The notes below the pieces were generated by a model that worked only from the letters and a program-made list of their open reading frames with translations, was not told where the DNA came from and ran no database searches. The translations under genes and the position numbers were made by a program. This document shows, piece by piece, positions 45,626-53,495 of a stretch of DNA of 64,000 bases (position 1 is the stretch's first letter; each line of letters starts with the position of its first letter). Where the stretch lies: assembly GCF_054482525.1 (NCBI RefSeq), contig NZ_CM137006.1, one strand, 5' to 3'.

Positions 45626-46858
45626 TTACTTCAGACAGTGAGTTTCCCATTCCTTGACTGCAAATGTATCCATCATACCTGAAATATAGTCAACCACTGC
45701 TCGTTTTTTGCTGATTTCAAATATACAGGAATCTGGTTGGGGTAAGGTGAATTTAAGTTCAGGAGGCAGAAATTTATAATTCTCTCCTTCATTGTAAAAG
45801 TCATATAAATCCCTGATTATTTTATTTCCCCTGAACTCATAGGTGAGGATATTACGTTTTCGCATGATGACTTTAAAGAGAAGTTTTTTGAGTCCTTCGG
45901 ATAACGCATTCAGTTTCCCGAACCCCAGTTCCTGAAAACCATTCAGGTTCGTTACTACAGAAATATCTGCAACGAGGCGATTGACAATATTTGAAGTTAA
46001 CTCCTTGCGGAATATGATGGCAAATTCTTCTGAGGTTTTCAGTAAGTTAGCCTGAAAAGCGGTGTTTCTCGACTGAGTAACGATTTCCCTGAACTGTTCC
46101 CTCGCTCCCCGGAATTCGTCAGAAATCTGAAACTCATATTCAATATCTTCAATCGTGACCATGTTCCTGCTAAGGGCATCTTCCAGGTCATGCGCGGCGT
46201 AGGCAATCTCATCCGCGAGATCCATTATCTGCGCATCAATCGTTTTCTCTCCGGGATTCAGATCGAGCTGATTTTCAGCAAGCAGGTTAATGTAAAAATA
46301 GTAATCATCATCATAAATGAACTTGCCGGCAGTAGCTGCAGCGCGGGGGATGGGATACTTAACAACCGAAAGTAAACTACGGTGAGTCAGATTTAATCCG
46401 TTGCAGTATGAAAATTTCTTCTCCAGTTTTCTCAGGATACGTAGCGCCTGTGCATTACCTTCATAGCCGCCGATTTCTTCAGACAGTTCATTAAGCAGTT
46501 TTTCACCGGAATGACCGAAAGGAGGATTTCCGATGTCATGCGCCAGCGCTGCCAGTTCAACCACCACCGGGTTAATCAGTTTGAGGTCTGACGCGATACT
46601 TCGGGCGATCTGAGCAACCTCAAGACTGTGCGTTAATCTGTTTCTGTTGAATTTTTCAGGATCAATTTCAAAAAGTTGCATCTTTCCCTGCAGCCTGCGA
46701 AATGATGATGAATACAGAATACGCGCGTAATCCCGTTGATAATTATCCCGGCTTCTTGTTTCACCATCGGGGGACGGGTGCTCTCTGGTATCAGCAAGCG
46801 CACTGATAAGTTTTTGTTCCTGCTCTTGCGCAAATTCTTTTAATTCATTGCAGTACAT
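45626..46858 (-). CDS. HD-domain dGTPase-like deoxynucleoside triphosphate triphosphohydrolase
   Basis: Motifs YQRDYARILYSSSFRRLQGKMQLF, RLTHSLEVAQIARSIA, LAHDIGNPPFGHSGE typical of Dgt-family enzymes; start at second Met (RBS-like AAGGAAG upstream); AT-rich. Confidence 0.75.
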   Translation of the reverse strand: MYCNELKEFAQEQEQKLISALADTREHPSPDGETRSRDNYQRDYARILYSSSFRRLQGKMQLFEIDPEKFNRNRLTHSLEVAQIARSIASDLKLINPVVVELAALAHDIGNPPFGHSGEKLLNELSEEIGGYEGNAQALRILRKLEKKFSYCNGLNLTHRSLLSVVKYPIPRAAATAGKFIYDDDYYFYINLLAENQLDLNPGEKTIDAQIMDLADEIAYAAHDLEDALSRNMVTIEDIEYEFQISDEFRGAREQFREIVTQSRNTAFQANLLKTSEEFAIIFRKELTSNIVNRLVADISVVTNLNGFQELGFGKLNALSEGLKKLLFKVIMRKRNILTYEFRGNKIIRDLYDFYNEGENYKFLPPELKFTLPQPDSCIFEISKKRAVVDYISGMMDTFAVKEWETHCLK

Positions 46859-47008
46859 ATTTCTTCCTTTCTGGAGCATGTTACCAAATCAGAATACCGG
46901 ATGAACAAAACTGGTGGCTACATCCTGTAGGGATTATGTATTAGTAAGCTCTGGCCATTAGTGCCATTTCAGGTTATGTGATCCTACCCACGTAATATGG
47001 ACACAGGC

Positions 47009-47875
47009 CTAAGCGAGGTTCTTGTTTTCAAATTGTTCCGGACTGAGGCCGCCACACCAACTGTGCCGCCGCCACCGATTGTAATCACATTCGATATAAT
47101 TAAACACCGTTGCCCGCATTATTTCCCGGCTGATAAAGTGTTCTCCATGGATACATTCCACTTTCAGCGAATGAAAGAAGCTTTCCACGCAGGCATTATC
47201 GTAGCAGCAACCTTTTGCGCTCATACTTCCACGCAGATTATGCCGCTTCAGTTGCGCCTGATAATCTGCTGAACAGTACTGGCCTCCACGGTCCGTGTGA
47301 ACGATAACGTTCCGGGGCCTCTTACGCCGCCACAGCGCCATCTGCAGGGCATCGCAGGCCAGTTGCGCCGTCATGCGTGGCGACATTGACCAGCCAATAA
47401 CGGCACGTGACCACAGGTCAATGACCACTGCCAGATACAGCCAGCCTTCATCTGTACGTAAGTACGTGATGTCTCCTGCCCACTTCTGGTTCGGGCCACT
47501 GGCGTAAAAATCCTGCTCCAACAGATTTTCTGACACAGGCAGGCCGTGTGCGCGGTAGCTGACCGGGCTGAACTTCCGGGAGGCCTTTGCCCTCAGTCCC
47601 TGACGGCGCAGGCTTGCCGCCACGGTTTTTACGTTAAAGGGGTAACCCTGAGCACGCAGTTCATCCGTCAGGCGTGGGGCACCGTAACGCTGTTTTGACC
47701 GGGTAAAAGCCGCGAGGACAACGCTGTCGCAGTGTTGGCGGAACTGCTGACGCGTGCTTATCCTTGTCCGCCGCTGACACCACGTATACCAGCCGCTGCG
47801 GGCCACCCGGAGCACGCGGCACATTGCTTTGATGCTGAACTCAGCCTGATGTTTTTCAATAAAGACATACTTCAT
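47009..47875 (-). CDS. insF: IS3 transposase OrfB
   Basis: 288-aa product matches IS3 OrfB as recalled. Confidence 0.9.
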
Positions 47876-48170
47876 TTCAGACGATTCGCAAAGTATGTCG
47901 CGGCCTTTTGGAGGATAGCCAGTTCCTCTGCCTGCTCCGCCAGTTGCCGCTTCAGGCAGGCATTTTCAGCGGCCAGTTCACTTTCACGCTCTGACGAACT
48001 CATTTGTTGCTGCAGTTTGCTGCGCCACGCATAGAGCTGTGATTCATACAGGCTGAGTTCACGGGCTGCGGCAGCAACACCGATGCGTTCAGCAAGTTTC
48101 AGGGCTTCACTGAGAAATTCAGGCGAATGCTGTTTACGGGGTTTTTACTGGTTGATACTGTTTTTGTCAT
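47871..48170 (-). pseudogene. insE: IS3 orfA with a 1-bp deletion in a poly-A run near codon 9
   Basis: Translation from ATG at 48170 gives MTKTVSTSKNPVNSIRLNFSVKP*; element is 1257 rather than 1258 bp; no minus-strand ORF >=60 aa in the track here. Confidence 0.6.
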
Positions 48171-48337
48171 GTGAGTCACCTCTGACTGAGAGTTTACTCA
48201 CTTAGCCGCGTGTCCACTATTGCTGGGTAAGATCAAGTCTTACTTACCCTGTGAACCATGTTGATATTGATACTATATTGACTATATGCCATACAGGTGG
48301 TAATGATTAGTTACTACCATACAGGAAAAGGTAGAAA

Positions 48338-49318
48338 ATGACTCTTTTGGTAACGGCTGAGTGTGTTGACGATCTGATAAACGATGTTCATCAAGCTATC
48401 CTAGCGGATGGACTCAGTAACGATCCTACAAAAGGATCAACTCTAGAGATTCTTGGTGCCTATCTTGTCCTTACCGACCCCCGCCGAAGAATAAGTAGAA
48501 CAGAATCCCGAGGAAAACTAATTAGTTGCTTAGGTGAATTTCTGTGGTATCTCTCAGCTCAGAACGATCTTGAGTTTATAAAACACTTCATACCACGTTA
48601 CGCTGAATCCGCTGAGTCAGATGGGAAAATACATGGTGGTTACGGGCCACGGTTGTTTAATATGCGTGGTTTATATAATCAGCTAAAAAATGTTATCAAC
48701 CTTTTGCAGGAGAAAAAACCTACCAGACGTGCAGTAATACAGCTTTTCGATGCCTCAGACTTGGTGCCCTCAAAAACTGAACAGCGAGAATACGTAGATA
48801 TTCCTTGTACAATATCTATGCAGTTTATTGTCAGATGTGAAGAGCTGCATCTATTTGTTTGTATGCGTTCTAACGATGCCTTTATGGGGCTGCCTCATGA
48901 TGTATTTGCGTTCACGATGCTACAGGAATTAGTTGCCCGCTTGATAGGATGCGAATTGGGTCACTATCATCACTTTGTATCCAGCCTACATCTCTATAAA
49001 AATGATTTAGAAAAAGTGAAGGCTCTTCAGAAAGAGGGGTTCATGAGCACCCTACCAGTCATGGGATCGATGCCTGAAATGCATTCCTTAGATGATATCT
49101 TACCCCTGCTTGAGGCAGAAAAAGCTCTTCGAGAGAATAAGGAATTTGATATTGACACTACTTCCTTGAATGACTACTGGAAGGATTTATTGCGTATATT
49201 AAAAATCCACTTTTTGTTACGTTCACATACACCCAACCACAAAGGACTAGCCTTCCAAGAGTTGGCTGCAATGAAAAATCAGGAATATCGGTTTATTTTT
49301 GAAGGAAGACTACAATGA
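48338..49318 (+). CDS. thymidylate synthase-fold protein (ThyA / dNMP hydroxymethylase family) with ~90-aa C-terminal extension
   Basis: Aligns by eye to ThyA: GSTLEILGAYLVL, ISCLGEFLWYL, LYNQLKNVINLLQEKKPTRRAVIQLFDASDL, DIPCTISMQFIV (Cys at catalytic position), CMRSNDAFMGLPHDVFAF, HLYKNDL. Confidence 0.7.
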   Translation: MTLLVTAECVDDLINDVHQAILADGLSNDPTKGSTLEILGAYLVLTDPRRRISRTESRGKLISCLGEFLWYLSAQNDLEFIKHFIPRYAESAESDGKIHGGYGPRLFNMRGLYNQLKNVINLLQEKKPTRRAVIQLFDASDLVPSKTEQREYVDIPCTISMQFIVRCEELHLFVCMRSNDAFMGLPHDVFAFTMLQELVARLIGCELGHYHHFVSSLHLYKNDLEKVKALQKEGFMSTLPVMGSMPEMHSLDDILPLLEAEKALRENKEFDIDTTSLNDYWKDLLRILKIHFLLRSHTPNHKGLAFQELAAMKNQEYRFIFEGRLQ

Positions 49319-50259
49319 AAAGACATAATCAAATCAGTCAGCTGGTTAGTAATTTGCAAAATTTTAGCCGCAATGAACACAACCTAAATGGCCTAAGTTC
49401 TCCTGCCTGCTTTGATGTTTTAGCCTGTCAGATTATCGACAGTATACGTCGTATACGCTATGTGGAAACTCTTGCATTACGGACCGATTATATGACTCCG
49501 TTACGAAAAGAGCCGAATTCTGATGTTTTTGATCCTCTCCGCGCTGCCTGCCTTTATCTTCGTGACAACAATTACGATGAAGCCTGCTGGCTGGTTTTCC
49601 TTGCCACACATTTCGGCAAGAGTAACAAAACCGGCTGGATTTTGTGTCGAGATATATACAGTGGACTCGGTACACAAACGTGGACATGGGATACGATAAC
49701 TGATGACTTTGCTGCTTTTGAACAATGGTTCGCCAGCGTCTCTGATGAGTTGACAGCTAACAGTAGCCTAAGACAATATGGTAACCATCGGAAATATGAA
49801 ACGAAGAAATATCACTCTCGTCGTTCAATACCTGCGGTTTTTCGCTCTTACATCGGATTCATTGGTGCTACACACAGTCATGAGGCTAGGTTTGCAGAGG
49901 CCAAGAGCTTTTCATCTTCACCAGAATCTTTATTCGAACTATTGTATTCAGGGCTAAATGCCGTGATCTCATTTGGACGAACCGCAAAATTTGATTACCT
50001 AACTATGCTCAAGAAAACGGGACTTCTGGATGTAGAGCCGGGTCATGCTTTTCTGAATGGAGCAACCGGGCCCCTTCAAGGAAGCCGGCTACTTTTCAGC
50101 AATAGCCGGACTGCTGGTGACACAATAGACGTATTGAATGAAAAACTAGCTGACCTTGCGGCAATTATTCCTGCACCCTACTTGAGAATGCAGGTTATTG
50201 AAGATGCGTTGTGCAACTGGCAGAAATCACCTGACCGTTATGTCTATTTCGGCGGCTGA
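49315..50259 (+). CDS. uncharacterised protein co-operonic with the TS-fold gene
   Basis: 314-aa ORF overlapping upstream gene by 4 bp (ATGA); no motif I can assign. Confidence 0.5.
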   Translation: MKRHNQISQLVSNLQNFSRNEHNLNGLSSPACFDVLACQIIDSIRRIRYVETLALRTDYMTPLRKEPNSDVFDPLRAACLYLRDNNYDEACWLVFLATHFGKSNKTGWILCRDIYSGLGTQTWTWDTITDDFAAFEQWFASVSDELTANSSLRQYGNHRKYETKKYHSRRSIPAVFRSYIGFIGATHSHEARFAEAKSFSSSPESLFELLYSGLNAVISFGRTAKFDYLTMLKKTGLLDVEPGHAFLNGATGPLQGSRLLFSNSRTAGDTIDVLNEKLADLAAIIPAPYLRMQVIEDALCNWQKSPDRYVYFGG

Positions 50260-50261
50260 TA

Positions 50262-51344
50262 TCAGACGATATCTTCTTTACGGAATCTCACTTTAAACCG
50301 ATTAAGGTGAGAAAAAGGTATATTACCTTCATGCTGCAAATATCCCAGTACGATCCCTTTGGATACCCCCATTTTCCTAGCTAACCGGATGATCTCTTTC
50401 CAATGCCGGACACCATAGCGACTAAGTTGCTGCCGGTATTCTTCTGGGATAAGAACATCAACGGCAAATTTATCTGCTTCCTTTTCCTCTTCCGACGAAA
50501 GACTATCTTTACCTTCTACGCGAACTCGGACAGCTTCATGCAAGATGAGATGCCCAATCTCATGAAACAGCGTAAACCAAAAATGGTCATCGGTCAGATA
50601 ACGGAAACTCATGACTAGGGTTGCGCGATCTGGTGTAAAAAAGCAGGTAGCACCACTTGCCCGACATCCCTTTGGCGTTGGCAACACAACGAGAGAAACT
50701 CCAGCAGTGGCGAGAAGGTCGCGAATGTAAGGGATAAAAATCCTCATGTCGGGTTCATTTGTAGCTTTGCGCAGTTCTGGCAACAATGCTATCAGCCCCT
50801 CTTTATCCCATACAGCACAGTTTTGGTTTGAGGTAAGTTGTGCAGCCCTAGTCAGCCACACCAAATCGGCCATAGGCTCGGTTGCCAGATTAAGAGATTT
50901 ACGAAAAGCGACCAAAGGAGCATCTGACTGAATTTTATAAAAAAAATCATTGACGGAATTTATTCCGAAAAACGATAGGCAGTGCTGGAATTTACTTTCC
51001 CGAGTTGTAGTTTTGGGGATCCAACCAAACTCCATCATATCACGTACAGGCAATGATTCGAGCCAATCATTATTCACTTTCTCGAGGTATCCAATTTGCT
51101 GGCGATAAGCGACTTCGCGCTTGATCCAGAAGTCTGTCGATACGTTGAATAACTCCTCAAGCTTACAAGCCAGAGACTCATTGAGTCGGATTTTTCCTTC
51201 AAGAAGTTGCTGACCCCGGATAAGAGACAATCCAATCCTCTTACTCAGTTCTTCACCAGAAAGCCCATGTTCATCCATTAGATCTATAATTGTATCACCG
51301 GGTGGAGATACCCAGTCAGGCTGGAAGTCCTGCGTAACTATCAT
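50262..51344 (-). CDS. XRE-family HTH fused to ImmA/IrrE-type zinc metallopeptidase (HigA-like antitoxin/regulator)
   Basis: N-terminal HTH (IIDLMDEHGLSGEELSKRIGLSLIRGQQLLEG), C-terminal HEXXH (FTLFHEIGHLILHE); overlaps upstream small gene by 4 bp. Confidence 0.65.
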   Translation of the reverse strand: MIVTQDFQPDWVSPPGDTIIDLMDEHGLSGEELSKRIGLSLIRGQQLLEGKIRLNESLACKLEELFNVSTDFWIKREVAYRQQIGYLEKVNNDWLESLPVRDMMEFGWIPKTTTRESKFQHCLSFFGINSVNDFFYKIQSDAPLVAFRKSLNLATEPMADLVWLTRAAQLTSNQNCAVWDKEGLIALLPELRKATNEPDMRIFIPYIRDLLATAGVSLVVLPTPKGCRASGATCFFTPDRATLVMSFRYLTDDHFWFTLFHEIGHLILHEAVRVRVEGKDSLSSEEEKEADKFAVDVLIPEEYRQQLSRYGVRHWKEIIRLARKMGVSKGIVLGYLQHEGNIPFSHLNRFKVRFRKEDIV

Positions 51345-51667
51345 TTCACGTCACCTATGAACACTAACCGTATCCGGCTAACTCGGGACCAGTTAATTGT
51401 ATTATCTTGATTTTTGGGCTGAACTGTATTCCCACAGACAAATCCCATTTTTACATCACCGAGAATGGTAATTGTAATACACTCTTCCCCATCCTCAAAG
51501 CAGACCTCCGGCGAACCTACGGGCAACAGTAATATGTTGTCTGTCACGGAAAGATCGGAAAGTCGCGAGCGTAGTCTTGATGCCACTTTGTCACCAAAGA
51601 TCTCATTTGCCTCATGCATACTCTCGCAAATAGTCCTTAACTTCTTGCTTTGAAAGGTAATGAACAA
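51341..51667 (-). CDS. HigB-like (killer-protein family) type II toxin candidate
   Basis: 108 aa; N-terminal KKLRTICESMHEANEIFGDKVASRLRSRLSDL resembles HigB-family pattern; toxin-first gene order. Confidence 0.5.
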   Translation of the reverse strand: MFITFQSKKLRTICESMHEANEIFGDKVASRLRSRLSDLSVTDNILLLPVGSPEVCFEDGEECITITILGDVKMGFVCGNTVQPKNQDNTINWSRVSRIRLVFIGDVK

Positions 51668-51810
51668 AATTATCCACTTTTATTTTTCTTGGTTGCTACG
51701 TTTATAGCAAACTCAACGCTCATTCACAAAATGAGATGTAGCGAATTAATGGACTCTGCACATATTAAATGTTAATGATGGACTTAAAATCACGGATTCG
51801 TAAGGGAAAC

Positions 51811-52077
51811 ATGAAAGGTAAACATCAAGACACTAAAGCCCTGTCTGACGTGCTAGCGGAAATGCAACGGCAGGATGCCAAATGGGGGGCAGACCGTAAT
51901 CAAGATCCTTTTATCTGGGGAGCGATTCTCGGAGAAGAGGTGGGAGAATTTCATCAGGCTGTCCTCCATGATCGTTTTGGTGGTAAAGCAGCCGGTACCA
52001 GTAGGGAGGAAGCAGTACAAATTGCTGCTGTTGCACTGCAAATCATCGAATATTATGATCGCGTAATAGATCGATAA
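51811..52077 (+). CDS. small MazG-like NTP pyrophosphohydrolase-like protein (tentative)
   Basis: AILGEEVGEFHQAV and REEAVQIAAVALQIIEYY resemble the MazG EExGE helix pair; start at internal Met of ORF 51769..52077. Confidence 0.35.
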   Translation: MKGKHQDTKALSDVLAEMQRQDAKWGADRNQDPFIWGAILGEEVGEFHQAVLHDRFGGKAAGTSREEAVQIAAVALQIIEYYDRVIDR

Positions 52078-52261
52078 ATTAGAATTAATCAACTAAGAGT
52101 CTTTTACACGCGAAGATGAACTCTGGCAGCCATCTACCTTCGTGGGCCTGTAGAACACATCTAATTGCAATACTCCCAGTTAATCACTAACCAGCCTCTC
52201 CAGTAAGGCTGGTCGATTAGGTTTAATTAAACAGATATAACAAGCAATTCACTTGGTATTA

Positions 52262-52335
52262 CGCGGTTCACACAGACTTCTTTAGTTGTGTCATATCCTA
52301 TAACTTTCAGAGGCTTATTTACGGTATTATCACGA
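52262..52335 (-). pseudogene. internal fragment (~75 bp) of a P4-type integrase gene
   Basis: ggttcacacagacttctttagttgtgtcatatcctataactttcagaggcttatttacggtatt parallels int at ~11095-11170; flanked by an ISL3-type end. Confidence 0.5.
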
Positions 52336-52930
52336 ACGGTGCAAAAGTGGCTCTTCCGCAACCTAGGTGGAGATTTTCATGCCAGTGGACTCATTACCCT
52401 CTGCCTAAGTAGTTCAAATCCGGCTCGACCATACATCAGATGTTTCAGCATCTTCAGGCGATTTACATGACCTTCGACAACACCGTTACTCCAGCGGCTG
52501 CTGGTTGCCTCACATATAGCCGCAGCATCAGCTTCCATCCCCGCAGCCACGCGCCGAAGTTCTGCTGAACCGTTTTCGTGGACTCGAGTGAACCAACTGC
52601 TTAGATTTGATTTATTTGGGGTTTTCAGAATACGGTAGAACTCAAGTACTAGTTGCTGCGCTATTTTCAGCGCCGGTTCTTTTTCACACATCAGACTAAT
52701 AAATCGGGAAGCATAATTTTCTTCACCCCTGATTATTATCCAGGGCATCAACCAGCGGCTTACCCGGGACACTGAAGGAAGTCTGGCGGCAGTAGTAACT
52801 GGTGGGTTCCAGCCTTTACGCCATTTGGCAACAGCATCCCTGACGATGGTTTCACTGCCTGTAACCCCCGGGCCACCATTTCCCGCCATATCCAGTCGCT
52901 GGTGTGCTGAATTGGTCATGTATGAAGGAA
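52336..52930 (-). mobile_element. ISL3-family IS remnant (3' part of transposase gene and one terminal repeat)
   Basis: ORF 52377..52919 ends with ISL3-type C-terminus WSNGVVEGHVNRLKMLKHLMYGRAGFELLRQRVM; terminal sequence ggctcttccgcaa at ~52336. Confidence 0.55.
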
Positions 52931-53081
52931 GATATCAATGGTGGTATCTCCCTTTCAAAAGGAAGTGAAAAGCTTGATGCCTGCTGCCAGGCAATCAATA
53001 TTACGTGCTTTTAACGACTATCCTAAATGGTGGTAGCTATGCAGAGCTCCCGGTCCTAGCGCTGGGAGCTTATCGCTTATC

Positions 53082-53158
53082 TTTACCGTAAGCGTAAACG
53101 GACCGCCGTATGTAGCCATTAAACCAGTATTGGTAACGTAGATACCCACCTTTTCAAA
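53082..53158 (+). mobile_element. isolated IS66-family terminal repeat (~75 bp), same end and orientation as 33183..33255
   Basis: tttaccgtaagcgtaaacggaccgccgtatgtagccattaaaccagtattggtaacgtagatacccaccttttcaaa, ~90% identical to the 33.2-kb copy. Confidence 0.4.
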
Positions 53159-53495
53159 AGGGAAGTGGATAAAAGATAGCGAAAATGCGAAGAGTTGATT
53201 AATGCATTGAAACAAAATTCATTAATGATGAACTTGGAGAAAAGCTCCATCGTTTTATTGGCTCAAAAAACATATCCCATAGATGATCAGCCATACCTTC
53301 ATTGGTTAGCAAGGTATCCTGTGAGTAGCCATGGCTGAAGATGCCCATTGATGGGCGAAAACCAAGGATCTGACCGTTAGAGCAGTTATGTCGTTAAACA
53401 CATCACCACCATATGCCATCCGGCTCACTTCGTCGGCCAAATTAGTGTGATATTCTTTCCAGAAATGCTGTTGTATCCACGACATAAGGCGATGA

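Larger units (their letters stand above)
46979..48235 (-). mobile_element. IS3 (1257 bp) with intact orfB and frameshifted orfA
   Basis: Ends tgatcctacccacgtaatatgg (46979..) and ...ccactattgctgggtaagatca (..48235); no 3-bp target duplication visible. Confidence 0.9.
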
